Positions 10,201-23,466 of a stretch of 64,000 nt of DNA are shown here, piece after piece. The position numbers and the translations under genes were made by a program. The stretch is from Paraspadella gotoi. Its lineage: Eukaryota > Animalia > Chaetognatha. Within the stretch, counting starts at the first letter, position 1. Every line of letters begins with the position of its first letter. The DNA lies in NCBI GenBank assembly GCA_051294375.1, contig CM119269.1, forward strand, positions 12,494,790 through 12,558,789, read 5' to 3'. Under the pieces are notes generated by a model. The model searched no databases. It was not told the DNA's origin and saw nothing but the letters and a program-made list of their open reading frames with translations.

Positions 10201-13200
10201 CGAAAAATCCCGGTCGGCGAATGTAAAAATAAGCCCGATTTTCGTATCATCGTCGACAATAACGAAACAAAATAATTTATAGACTATATATATAATTATA
10301 GGCGAGTGAATGAATGAATGTATGAATAATAAATGAATCTTTCTTAACTTTCCTGACCCCCCCCCTACCACAAATCTGAACAAACAGAAGCCAAACGTGA
10401 AACCCCACCCGAAATTGTGGAAGAATTAAGAAAAGTTTGGGAGGAAATCTCGAGCCACGTTGAGTGGAAAGACGTCATGAGCAAGATTGCCGCTCAGAGC
10501 AAAACTATACGTAATTTTTTGAAAAATGCCGACGATATGGTGAGTCGTCTTATGTTTACAGGTAGGTTTAGCTCTTTTGGGACTAAAATAAAAAATAAAA
10601 GAATAATTATCTAAAATTAGTATGTATGTAAAAAACTAAGGATAATAAAATGTACTAAAATAATTTACCTTCGGCAACTATGAGCTCAGTGTCCAGAAAG
10701 GTGGCGCATACCTTTGCGACCGCGCTTATTATATGGAGGGAATGCATGAAACATTCTGCTTTTTCTCTCCTACATTTTCAATAAGGGTATTTCAGTAAGA
10801 AAAAAATTCGCGGCCGAAAGTCCGTAGTTAATATCACTTGTCTTGATTTTCGTTAAAATGTTGTAGTTGCGCAAAAAAATATAACATTTTAGGCAAAAAG
10901 CACCAATAACTGGATTTACGGTCGGATTTTTTATTTTTGATATGGATTGAAATAAAAATTAGTTTAGTTTCGAAAATTTTTTTTCATCATAACCGTTTTT
11001 GTGCTGTAAACACTTGAAGTTAGACCCAAAAGAGCTGTACCTCCCTGTGTGTACTATGCAGTACAGTATGCACCCATTTCATTAAAAGAGAAGTTGGCAC
11101 TGGATATTCCGAAAGCACCCCTTTTCTGTTCCATATCCTTGAACGAGAAGTTAGTTTGAATAGAATAGTTTTATAATTTAAAATACTAAAAGGTTAACTC
11201 TTTTGTTTATATCTTGAAAAACCCTCAACGTTGATCGATCGTAATTTTCATTCATTTAAAACCAATTTGTCGTACAACCGAGTTACGTAGCTAAAAGAAT
11301 TATTGCTTTCGCAGCTCGACTACTTCAAGAAACACTTTGAGGAAATAGTCCCCAAGGGCAAGAGCTTTAAGCAATTCTTGGTCATGGGTCTGGGAATGCA
11401 AGCTCACGTGATCGACATGGCCGGAAAGGACCTGGCCGATTCCCTGAGCTGCCCTTACCTCCCGGCGACGTCTCGGGCTCCGGTGAATAACGAAGAGGAA
11501 GAAGAAAAATTTCCCGCCTGCTATGCACTGGCTCAATTCCGCGTTTGGAGGTTAGCCTCTCTCACTCTCTCTCTCTCTTTCCCTCTCTTTTCCTCTTTCC
11601 TTCCTTTTTCTTTAAATTGTATTTTCTTTACTTTTTTCTTTTTCTATTGCTTGCTTCCTATTTCTGTTTTTCTTTCTTTATCTTTTTTCTTTTTTTCGTA
11701 TTTTACTCCCTCTCCTTTTATCACTCCCACACTAGACCCGCCAGTTTACTTACCCATCACATTCTCACTCCCTCCTTCAGAGATTACCTCGTCTCCGAGT
11801 CCAAGTTGGTCGCCAAATCTGACCCCAAGGTTCTGCATCGCGTGATCATGATCAGATTGAAATCCGCCCTGCGTTATTATCGCGGTCTCACAAGATGGCT
11901 GCAAAGTTTGACGGAGAGTGAGTGTAGTACTGTGGTTAAGGCACTCAGTGGGGCTGAAGAGTGCTATCCGCAACTTCTTTAACCCCCTCTACAAGCCATG
12001 AAATGGGTCCTGTGCTTAGAACCAGGCTTGGGGGTTTTACATGCCTGGTTAGGGTTGTTAATGGCTAGGGTTAGGGGTGGTTACTAACAACTGGTTAGGG
12101 TGGCTAGGGTTAGGGGTAGTTAGGGTAAGTGGTAGTTAGGGTAAGTGGTAGTTAAGTTTAGGGGTAGTTACGGGTGGATACTGGTTTAGGTTAAAGGTGG
12201 TTGGGGTAATACTCGAAATTCAATTGTTTTTTTTCGCGAAAATTTTTTTTTTACATACGTGCTCATGAGAAGCAGAAAAAATAATCACCGAACAGGAAGA
12301 TCCTAAACGGTGAACGTACAATTTTACCCATAAATTAATAACAACTCAAGGTTCCTTCTTATATTACCAAATGAGATTGATTTTATCAATTTAAACTAAT
12401 TAAAATAATTATCGCGTTAAATATCATTGTTCCCTTCTTTCTTCTCTTGACCATCCCGCCCCGGCCCCCGCCCCCGCCCCGGCTCCCGCCCCGGCTCCCG
12501 CCCCCGTTTCAATAGAATCCAAACGGCAAATTTCCGAGATGCCGTCGCCGATGCCGGATATACCGGATATACCGTTGCCGGAGATTCCTGAGCCGAAAAT
12601 TCCCAAGGAGGTCATCGAATTCTTCAAGGAACTTGCGAAGGATGTTGACTGGAAAGGAATTAGGAGCACCCTCGTAAAACATAGCAAACAGGCCGTCGAG
12701 GGTCTTAAATCTATTACTCAAATGGTGAGAGTTAAGTCATAGTTTTTCACGACTTTGGTAGATTACGAATTATGGGAAAAAAATGGCACCATTTTCCTAA
12801 TTCTTAATGCATTAAATTTTAACTTAATCTTTAAACCTCAGAACTAATTTAATTATAAATATATAAAATGTGGCAACAAATTTATCTGCATTTAGAAAAC
12901 CCATAATTGACCATTTTAATTTAACTTCTTGTTTCGTTTAAAATTTCATAATCTCTTTTATAACTCATTCTCCGAAACAGTTGGACGGTTTGGTCAAAAG
13001 CGATCTGCATTTGCCGGATGAATTGGACCTCCAGGAAGTGACCGTCAACGGGCTTCGTTATCAGGCCCACATGATCGACATGGCCGGCTCAAAGGTCGAA
13101 TAGAGAGATTATAAATATATAAATGGCTTTAAATTACTTTTTTTATTTCATTATACTAAAATTTAATTTTAATATATATTTACAATGTGTACAAAGAAGT

Positions 13201-13415
13201 GTGTATAAAGAAGAGATTTAAAAACAAACTGTCTTGTCTCTCAGTTGGCCAAGAAACTCGGATGCAAGTATGAAACTCGCAAGGGAATTCTGGATTTTCC
13301 CGACCTGCCCAAGCTGCCTCGTCCAGAGGCCGTTCTCGATCCTATCGACCTGGAGGAAGAGGTCATGCAGCTTGAGGGCGAGAAGGTCGCCGCCAAAGTT
13401 AATCCCAAACATTGA
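7245..13415 (+). CDS. Secreted protein with two tandem homologous helical domains (unknown family); exons ~7245-7308, 7546-7603, 9423-9568, 10388-10539, 11315-11550, 11781-11917, 12516-12724, 12981-13094, 13245-13415
   Basis: Signal peptide MKIVLVASLVLCAVAFNDARP. The internal repeat C..L..F.VWRDY..SE....QAH.IDMAG..LA..L.C.Y occurs twice. TATA-like site at 7154 and AATAAA at 13524. Confidence 0.85.
7684..8601. mobile_element. MITE-like element with CCATGATRGAAAAAAA TIRs
   Basis: ccatgatggaaaaaaaaattgtcgcggtt versus aaccgcgaaaaaattttttctatcatgg. No TSD seen. Confidence 0.6.
8691..8858 (+). mobile_element. Short Penelope-like retroposed insertion
   Basis: 12-bp TSD aatattaagtta (8679-8690, 8859-8870), inverted repeat ttggaagacgtttttaatgttt / aaacattaaaaacgtcttccaa, and an internal hammerhead motif. 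Confidence 0.75.
8730..8771 (+). ncRNA. Minimal type I hammerhead ribozyme
   Basis: aacg-CUGAAGA-a-ggcuu(loop)aagcc-GAAA-CAUG-UA-cguu, with palindromic ACAUGU helix III and predicted cleavage after 8767. Confidence 0.85.
8962..9172. repeat. ~210-bp dispersed repeat; other copies ~14856-15032, 17270-17377, 36029-36190(-), 46742-46830(-), 55259-55340(-)
   Basis: Shared core ggaggccttaaaccaccaaagcctgtccaaagtcaggggcaagatagc...ttgtaccaatttca. Confidence 0.85.
10559..11047. mobile_element. Tc1/mariner-type MITE (older)
   Basis: 28-bp imperfect TIRs caggtaggtttagctcttttgggactaa / ttagacccaaaagagctgtacctccctg, with TA on the left and TG on the right. Confidence 0.65.
12046..12325 (+). repeat. Dispersed repeat with a degenerate TTAGGG block (related pieces ~10060-10230, 24670-24735(-), 47400-47660)
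   Basis: ggttaggg/gtagttaggg arrays followed by shared gctc.t.agaagc.gaaaaaa...atcctaaac. Confidence 0.6.
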
Positions 13416-14021
13416 AGATCGACGAGCGATTCGCTTTAATTATAATCAAATTGTTTAATATTAATTATGCATATATGATTTGAATGAACCCTAGCAAGTC
13501 GTAAATTAAAATCTATGATTAATAATAAATATTTGTATTCCTTTTTCTTTCGTGAGTGTCGTCTTAGATTGGAAATTTTCTATCCAAAAAATTTCGAATG
13601 CTGAAGATTAAGAACAAATTAGTTTTGAGTTCAACAACGATTTTTATTTTAATAAGAAAGGGAAATGTTTCGACTCTATTGGTTTATGAAGTTGATGAAG
13701 ACTCGAAATAGAATACTGAGACTTAAAAATGAAGGAAGTCAGATTTTTCATCGGTATTAATTTTTCATAGTTACTTAAAAATCAGAGAGAGAATAAAAAT
13801 GAGGAAATGACTTTAAAAACTAAACTTAAATTTTGAGTTTAGACGTCGAAGTAAAGACAAAGTGTCACTTTGGTAGAACCGTCCATTCTTCTTTTCATAT
13901 TCAATTTTAGTCTTTCAAAAGAAATAGTTTTTTTTTCTAATCATTTTTTTAAAGATAGATTTTGTTAAAACGTAAATTTTTGAAGTTTAATCCCTAATTA
14001 ACCCCCTTCTCTTCTGATAAA

Positions 14022-17000
14022 ATGTAAGTATATATCTTCAAAATATATACGTTAATATTAATAATTAGACAACGATTCTTCAGGACGGCGTTGACCCGAA
14101 CTCGATTACCAACGGCCCCGGCCCCGACGCTGATTCGTCTGCCCAAAATAACCACCGCCAATACCTTGGTCAGTCAGTCAGTTTGATTTAGTGCATAGTC
14201 AGTCAGTCACTCGTTTCCTTTATATTCAGTTTGAGACTCGGCCCGAGATTCCAGAGGAGCAACATTACTATGAGTCGCTTCCGCCGCTTTTGCAGCAACG
14301 ACCGCCAGGCGTCTTTCTACCACCTGTCGAACCAGGTGGAGATCCTTGGGCGCCTTGCATCTGTCAGCTTTGCTCGTGCGGGTGAGGGAGATATTTCGCT
14401 TTGTTTTCTCGACACTCGTTTTTGAGCGACAGTTAAGAATTGTTTTTCGTCAATTGAACCACTAAAATAACAGTGAACACTAAACATAGAACAACATCTC
14501 CTTAGTTGTCCTTAGTTGTCAAGAGACAAAATCGTTTTTCTCTCTCTCTCACAGTCAGCACCATTGTCCGGACGTGACTCCCATCCCGCCGCCCAATTCC
14601 GAGTACGGAGACAAATTCACGGACAAGAAAGGGGAACCGCCGATCGTTGTTTATCCGGAGCCGAATAAGTGAGAAAACGGTTGATGTGATAAAACAGCAT
14701 CGTGAACACGGGGCCTGTGATAATATTATAATATTTATTTTATAAAATTCAGCTCCTTGAATTTTGGTACAATATAATATTCCCCGATATAATACACAAG
14801 GAAGTATATTATATATATTATTTATACAATTAGAACAGTCTTTGAAACATTATACCACTTCATTGAAAGGGAATAGAGGTACTCTTGGAATGAATTAAAT
14901 GATTAAAAGCTTCCATAGTCCGGCTATGTTATTGTCTTGTAAGAGTAATGGAGGCCTTAAACCACCAAAGCCTGTCCAAAGTCGGGGACAAGATAGCATA
15001 TTTATTAAGTGAATCGATAATTTTTGTACCATTTTCTTAGCGTTACGGTGCATGTGATAGAAGAGTAGCGTTTTGAAGACCGTGAATGTGTAAAAGTAGC
15101 ATGATGATGGCGGTTACTGTGATGGGGTGGCGTTGTGATTGAGGTAAATGAGATTAAGTAACGTTGCAATGTTGGTAGCGTTGTAATGATCACAATGAAA
15201 ACGACAACAGTTGGTGGCCGGACGCGATGCCGAATGACTTGAGGCTTCAGACTTTGTATCGACGGAATTATCGAGACTGGAAGATGCGACCGAATCACGT
15301 CCACTCCAAGGATGTCTACGTCCCGCCATTTGCCGAGTTTAAGACCGATTCAGAGTATCAGGCTTACTTTAAGGTACGAAGCTTTGATAGTTTTGTTTTG
15401 ATTGAATTTTGTTGTTGCTCATTTGAAATTGGTTTACGGAAAAACTTTTGTAAATTCTTGTAAATCCTTCGGTCTCTACTGTTTTGCATTAGTTTAATTA
15501 CAATATATTATATTATATTAATAAGTGAATAACGTTTAATTTTTTAGTTTCCATACCCGATCGAAGATTTGGCGGAAAAATACAAACCGCAATCAGAGAT
15601 CGAATTTTTAAAGTTGAAAGGTAATGACTAATGAGTGGGATATAGACTATAGAGATATAAAGATATAGAGCACGCCTTTAAATAATTAACTTTTCTCTGA
15701 CACAAAACATAGAGAGTAAACCATTTAACCACAACTAATCTAAGTATTATTTATTGTTACCTCGCAGGTCCGCTGAAATCCGTCTACGGTTGGGACTACG
15801 TGGATTTTCCACCGGGCTGGAAAAAGGCGGGCGAGCCTCAGTCAGCGCGATTCCTGCAGAATAAAATCTGGCATCGCCCTTTCCATCTTGGTTAGTGTAG
15901 AGTAGGTGGGTCATCTCTTTCCATTTTCCCTTAAGCAGATTGGAGAATGTCTAATTGGAGAATTCTTAATAAATTTTACTCGAGAATAGATAAAAATATT
16001 ATTGTCACAACCAAAAACATTATTACAGTGAAATAAATTGCTCTTTTGTTTTTACAAACGCCCTCTCTCATCCAAAATCAAAGGCTACAAAACGGCTCGA
16101 CCCTTCAATGGAATTTCCACCTACACTCACGATTACGTTTGGTTCGACGAATTCGGGGTGGCCCATCCATACCCGCCGCCTCATCCCTTCAACACCCCGG
16201 CCTGGGTCCCCGAACACTACGTCCCGATGCCGCTGCAGAAGGCAGACTTTCCGCACTGGAAGGGAGTCGTTCCGCCGGAGAGTTGGAAACCCAATATTCC
16301 TTATAGGTTATCGTGTTGACCCTTTATTTTTTAGTCGCGTTGCAAGTACTCTCGGACTAAATGCTAGGGGTAATCCTGCATTAATAATAATATTTGGTAA
16401 TAAGGTGAGATATCATAAAATTTAGAATTTGTATATATTTCTTAAGAATGTTCGTCCCAACACCTGAAAGTGAAACTTGCCGGATCTTGTTTTCTTATTA
16501 TTACCTCGATTTATTCATTTTTTTGTAAAATTGCAGTCTTGACGATTTTATAATTGGAAAATATAAATTCAAAGTCGGTTATCATATGTTTTTTTTTTCA
16601 TCTGCTTCATCAAAATTAAAACTCCTTTCTTCTTCCCCCTTCATATATTCACCCCCCCCCTTCCAACTTCTACAGTCCACCTCCTTTCCCGCTCGTCAAG
16701 AAAACAACCTACAACACGTCATACAAAGACTTTACTAACTGCGGTCCCGATGGCGTAGGGAGAGATAAAGTCCCAGTTGTTTGCATGGATTGTCCCAACG
16801 AGATCAGCGTGAGTTAACAGATCTGTCCAAGCGTTGAACGATCGATCCATTGACCTTTTGTTTTTGTTTTTTTTTTTTTGCAGATGCATCCTGAATGGAT
16901 CTCAACCAGTCACATGGATTATCACGAACACGATCCTCTGTGGTTTTGTGACAACATTAAGTGTTTGACGGAAAGGTTATTTAACGATTTTATAACAATT

Positions 17001-18362
17001 AAGAATAATCAAATGATTAATGGATCCATTTTTTTATCTAGTTAACTATGTGACAATAAATTTATCTATCTTCTATTTGAATAAAGGGAGGACGATCCCT
17101 GCCGCGATGTTATGAAAGAAAAATGTATCGATCTCTGCGACAAAAAGGCGAGCGATTTGTGAACTATTTTTTCTTAGAAAAAAAAACTGAATTAATGGCA
17201 AAAAGAATGAACGATTATATGCCATGAAGAGAATGCAAATAATAACTGGAGTATTAAATATGGCTTGCAGGGACGTGCCTCGTTATTAACTGTAAAGAGG
17301 TTGGAGGCCTTATCCCACTATATGATAGCCCGTTCAATGAATTGATATTGGATAAATTTTTTGGTTGTATCAATTTTAGAGATAGATGCGTGGATTGAAA
17401 GTAATGAATGTTAGAAGAGAAAGAATGAATTAAATAAATATTTTGATAACAAACGCCCTCAACCGTTTCATCTTTTTAACTTCAGGCTGCGCACAAAGAA
17501 TTCCTTCAGACGCAACTACCTCCATCGGCATTCGATCCCACGAATCCATTCCGCCCTAAACCCAGGGCGTCAGGTCCTCTTCGATTTGCTAGTTTTATCG
17601 ATTCCTAAGCAGCTCGACAGTCATCTCGCCACCCCCCCCACCTCCGTTTCCAGACGGACCGGATCCGATCCGCAGCCTCGTCTATCAGCCTTGCGATCCT
17701 TGGAAGCATCGGGTCATCCCTTGCGCCGCGGAGGCGATACTCGTGGGGATGAGCAACGCCAAGTCGATCGGACGAACGTCGTGTCCGGAGACGGGTCACG
17801 TCTACGTCTGTCCAAACGTTAGTATTTGTTTGATAGCTTCAAATATTTTTTTATCGCGTATTTAGTATGAAATTGTGACAACTAATTTATTAAATAAACA
17901 AGTTATGGTTATGCCATCTTTCTAACAAGATAACTTGGTATTTAAAGAATATTATCAAATTGAATTTATTGATAAGGAAGTCAAGTATTCTGAGAGTTGA
18001 TAAACTAGTCTTGGTTTAAAGATTACTCTGGTTTTATCTTATATTTCTATTCGGACTTAACGCAATAGCCTTTCTAAAGTCAACCTTGATAACTATTTCA
18101 TTCGACGAATGAGCGAGTACATAATTGTTACCAATTTCATATGTTTTTTACCGTATCTGTGACAAAAAAAACAACCCGAAATTTAATTTTATTATGCATC
18201 AATATTTTTTGTATCCAGGACGTGGAAAAGATTATGCGAGAGGAACTGCGAATCTGCACTCGATATCCGTTCAGAACTTGGAGCAAAGGAGATTTAGAAG
18301 TGGAGACGATGAAAGAGGAAAAGTTCAAAATTATGGAGGCGACCGGAGGAACGAGGAAATAA
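14022..18362 (+). CDS. SAXO/FAM154-like axonemal microtubule stabiliser, multi-exon; 3' exons uncertain
   Basis: CICQLCSCG|QHHCP motif and repeated S/T-x-Y-x-x-x-Y/F motifs (SEYGDKF, TLYRRNY, SEYQAYF, SVYGWDY, STYTHDY, TTYNTSY). The start codon appears split as AT|G. Confidence 0.85.
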
Positions 18363-21300
18363 TGAGGAGATTGAAAGGGAAAGCAAAGGGAAGGGGGAAG
18401 ATGAAAGAGGAAGTAAAGCGGAAGAGGAGGAAGAAGGGAGTAAAAGGGAGGAGGAGCAGAAGAAACGAGGAAGTAAAGGGGAGGAGGAGAAGATGAAGAA
18501 GAGGAAAAAGAAGGAGGAAGGGAAAAATTAGAGAAATATATAAAGTTAAAAATGATGAGAAAAACTTTAAAAAAAGGGAATAATGAGAAGGAAAAAGAAA
18601 CGACAAACGACGAAGGAAAGAAATGAAAATAAAAGATTTAAAATTAAGACATTAGAAAAGAAGAAGGAAAGCAAACTAAGCGGTAAAAAGATATATTAAC
18701 TGCAACTGTAAAAAAATAATTTCAATTGAATAAACAATAACGTAAAATTATGCCTTTTCCTGTCACTGGCACGGTTACCCTAGGACGGTCTCACTTTGCC
18801 AACGCAGAGGGAAGTCGTTGATTAGTTTTTCATTATTTTGTATGAAAAATTATAACATAACTTTAAAATTCAATTAAAAAAAAATTTGCTTGGATCAGAA
18901 TTTTTCGACTTCACTACGATGTAGTAAAAACATTATATTTTTCATTTTTTTGTGTTTCAGAAATGGGTTATTTCTATTTTCTTTTTCGGGGTGTCTAGGG
19001 AACCGTGAGGACAGTGGATGGATTGGCTGAACCATGGTGGATGTGAGGCGGTGTGAATATTAAGGCGTTAAAAGTTACATACGAAAATTCTAAAAGTCAA
19101 TTATGAACCATTGAACAACATACCATCACGTGATCATTAATTTGTAAAAAATTTCATTTTATGTTTTTTAATTTTCGCAGTAGGCTATATTTATATATAG
19201 TACTATCCTTATAAAATCGAAAAATTTCAAAATTTCAAAAATTTGAATTCCTCGTCAAAAGTTGATAAAAGAAAATATAAATTATTTTTAAAAATTCTTT
19301 CATTAAGTGGGTTAAAAATTAAAAAAACTATATTTAATATATAAAAAGTTAATTTTCAGCTTAAAATATAGCTTTTCTAATTTTTGACCCACTTAATGAA
19401 GGAATTTTTCAAAAAGAGTTATATTTCTTTTTATCAACTTTTTATGACGAATCCAAATCTGTAAAAAAATATTGGAAAAAACTGTTTTGAAATTTTAACA
19501 TTTATTGGTTTAGTACTAGTATAAATATGGCCTACTGCGTAAATTGTAAAAATTATTATAAATTTTTTTTATACATAAATGTTCATAAGTATAATGTTGT
19601 TCGTTCTTCACTTTTAGAATTTTAATTAAAGTTAAACTTAGGAATTTTACTACGCCTTAGTGAATATACCGCCACAATTTTCTCTTGAAAGGTTTCTCTC
19701 ATCCAACGTCAATTGTTCGGCAACCGAAATATCACCATTGCTTTTATACAAAGCCACCAACTCCAACGATTTCATTTTCCCCGGAATTGTGAGATTTCGA
19801 TGCAGGCATAACTTTTTCTTCGTCGTCGTTGTCGTCGTCTTTTTCTCCGACCTCGAATGCCTCCTGCAAAGCATCAGGATCATCTTCTGCTTTTGAAAGT
19901 TCAGTCTCATTCTCATTTCCTCCCATCTCTTTCTCGTTTCCTCCCATCTCTTTTCCTTTCCTCCCATCGCGTGGACCGGCAGACGCGCGCGCTAGGTGCG
20001 GCGGAGTATTTGTTGAGTGAGAGGCGCGTCTTTGGGTGTCGCAGGCTTTAGGGGCTATGACGAGATGAGGAAGGATGGGGGAGGGATAGGGGAAGAGGAG
20101 GAAGATAGGGAGAAGGGGAGCAGGAGGGGATATGGGAGGAAAAGAGGAAGATATGGAAGAAAAAGAGAAGAGAGAGGAGGAGGAAAAGAGAGGGAGAAAT
20201 GGAGAAAGAGAGTTGGGAGGAAATGAGAAAGAGATGGAGAAAGGAGGAAGAGATGGGAGGAAAGGAGAAAGAGGGAGGGAGAAAGGAGAAAGATATGGGA
20301 GGAAAGAGAAAGATATGGGAGGAAGGAAGAGATGGGAGGAAAGGAGAAAGATATGGAGGAGAAGGAGAAAGATTGGAGGAAAGAAGGAAGAGATGGGAGG
20401 AAGAAGGAAGAGAGGAGAAGGAGAAGAGATGGGAGGAAAGGAGAAGAGAAGATGGAGGAAACGGAGAAAAGAGATGGGAGGAAACGAGAAAGAGATGGGA
20501 GGAAACGAGAAGAGAATGGAGGAAATGAGAATGAGACTGAACTTTCAAAAGCAGAAGATGATCCTAGATGCTTTGCAGGAGGCATTCGAGGTCGGAGAAA
20601 AAGACGACGACAACGACGACGAAGAAAAAAGTTATGCCTGCATCGAAAATCTCACAATTCCGGGGAAAATGAAATCGTTGGAGTTGGTGCTTTGTATAAA
20701 AGCAATGGTGATATTTCGGTTGCCGAACAATTGACGTTGGATGAGAGAAACCTTTCAAGAGAAAAATTGTGGCGGTATATTCACTAAGGCGTAGTAAAAT
20801 TCCTAAGTTTAATAATTAAAATTCTAAAGTGAAGAACGAACACATTATACATGAACATTATAATTTAATTTAAATAATTACAATTTACGCAGTAGCCATA
20901 TTTATACTAGTACTAAACCAATAAATGTTAAAATTTTAAAACAGTTTTTTCAATATTTTTTTAAGGATTTGATCGTCATAAAAAGTTGATAAAAAGAAAT
21001 ATACTCTTTTGAAAAAATTCCTTCATTAAGTGGGTCAAAAATTAGAAAGTATATTTTAAGCTGAAAATTAACTTTTATATATTAATATAGTTTTTTTAAT
21101 TTTTAACCCTTAATGAAAGAATTTTTAAAAATAATTTATATTTTCTTTATCACTTTTGACGAGGATTTCAAATTTTTGAAATTTTGAAATTTTTCGATTT
21201 ATAAGGATAGTACTATATATTAAATATAGCCTACTGCGAAAATTAAAAACATAAAATGAAATTTTTTTACAAATTAATGATCACTGATGGTATGTTGTTC

Positions 21301-23466
21301 AATGTTCAATGTTCATAATTGACTTTTAGAATTTTCGTATGTAACTTTTAAGCCTTAATATTCACACCGCCTCACATCCACCATGGTTCAGCCAATCCAT
21401 CCACTGTCCTCACGGTTCCCTAGACACCCCGAAAAAGAAAATAGAAATAACCCATTTCTGAAACACAAAAAAATGAAAAAATATAATGTTTTTACTACAT
21501 CGTAGTGAAGTCGAAAAATTCTGATCCAAGCAAATTTTTTTTTAATTGAATTTTAAAGTTATGTTATAATTTTTCATACAAAATAATGAAAAACTAATCA
21601 ACGACTTCCCTCTGCGTTGGCAAAGTGAGACCGTCCTAGGGTAACCGTGCAGTGACAGGAAAAGGCATAATTTTACGTTATTGTTTATTCAATTGAAATT
21701 ATTTTTTACAGTTGCAGTTAATATATCTTTTTACCGCTTAGTTTGCTTTCCTTCTTTTTTCTAATGTCTTAATTTTAATCTTTTTATTTCATTTCTTTCC
21801 TTCGTCGTTTGTCGTTTCTTTTTCCTTCTCATTATTCCCTTTTTTAAAGTTTTTCTCATCATTTTAACTTTATATATTTCTCTAATTTTCCCTTCCTCCT
21901 TCTTTTTCCTCTTCTTCATCTTCTCCTCCTCCCCTTTACTTCCTCGTTTCTTCTGCTCCTCCTCCCTTTTACTCCCTTCTTCTCCTCTTCCGCTTTACTT
22001 CCTCTTTCATCTTCCCCTTCCCTTTGCTTTCCTTTCAATCTCTCTTATTTCCTCGTTCCTCCGGTCGCCTCCATATTTGAACTTTTCCTCTTTCATCGTC
22101 TCCACTTCTAAATCTCCTTTGCTCCAAGTTCTGAACGGATATCGAGTGCAGATTCGCAGTTCCTCTCGCATAATCTTTTCACGTCCTGGATACAAAAAAT
22201 ATTGATGCATAATAAAATTAAATTTCGGGTTGTTTTTTTTGTCACAGATACGGTAAAAAACATATGAAATGGTAACAATTATGTACTCGCTCATTCGTCG
22301 AATGAAATAGTTATCAAGGTTTGACTTTAGAAGGCTATTGCGTTAAGTCCGAATAGAAATATAAGATAAAACCAAGAAGTTAATCTTTACCAAGACTAGT
22401 TTATCAACTCTCAGAAATACTGACTTCCTTATCAATAAATTCAATTTGATAATATTCTTTAAATACAAGTTATCTTGTAGAAAGATGGCATAACCATAAC
22501 TTGTTTATTTAATAAATTAGTTGTCAAATTTCATACTAAATACGCGATAAAAAAATATTTGAAGCTATCAAACAAATACTAGTTTGGACAGACGTAGACG
22601 TGACCCGTCTCCGGACACGACGTTTCGCGATCGACTTGGCGTTGCTCATCCCAGAGTATCGCCTCCGCGGCGCAAGGATGACCCGATGCTTCCAAGGATC
22701 GCAAGGCTGATAGACGAGGCTGGATCGGGATCCGGTCCGTCTGGAAACGGAGGTGGGGGGTGGCGAGATGACTGTCGAGCTGCTTAGGAATCGATAAAAC
22801 TAGCAAATCGAAGAGGACCTGACGCCTGGGTTTAGGGCGGAATGGATTCGTGGGATCGAATGCGATGGAGGTAGTTGCGTCTGAAGGAATTCTTTGTGCG
22901 CAGCTTGAAGTTAAAAAGATGAAACGGTTGAGGGCGTTTGTTATCAAAAATATTTATTTAATTCATTCTTTCTCTTCTAACATTCATTACTTTCAAATTC
23001 ACGCATCTATCTCTAAAATTGATACAACCAAAAAATTTATCCAATATCAATTCATGAACGGGCTATCATATAGTGGGATAAGGCCTCCAACCTCTTTACA
23101 GTTAATAACGAGGCACGTCCCTGCAAGCCATATTTAATACTCCAGTTATTATTTGCATTCTCTTCATGGCATATAATCGTTCATTCTTTTTGCCATAATT
23201 CAGTTTTTTTTTCTAAGAAAAAATAGTTCACAAATCGCTCGCCTTTTTTGTCGCAGAGATCGATACATTTTTCTTTCATAACATCGCGGCAGGGATCGTC
23301 CTCCCTTTATTCAAATAGAAGATAGATAAATTTATTGTCACATAGTTAACTAGAAAAAAATGGATCCATTAATCATTTGATTATTCTTAATTGTTATAAA
23401 ATCGTTAAATAACCTTTCCGTCAAACACTTAATGTTGTCACACAAAACCACAGAGGATCGTGTTCG
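16925..23466. repeat. ~3-kb inverted duplication (16925-19966 vs 20474-23466), likely a fold-back artifact
   Basis: The arms are near-identical and differ mainly by 1-bp indels. Unalignable junctions lie at 19968-20050 and 23467-23570. Confidence 0.9.
19063..19657. mobile_element. MITE with AGGCGT...ACGCCT ends and TA flanks; diverged copy 25032-25598
   Basis: Internally palindromic AT-rich element. The second direct copy sits in an intron of the XK gene. Confidence 0.7.

Noticed and set aside
13665-13725. Third hammerhead (ttgatgaagactc, gtttcgactct)
   Set aside because: The core halves are on opposite strands or mutated, so no complete fold is possible.
20017-20787. Several long ORFs on both strands (also 23460-24400 on +)
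   Set aside because: Low-complexity purine/pyrimidine repeat, explained as the XK tail, its antisense and the fold-back copy.
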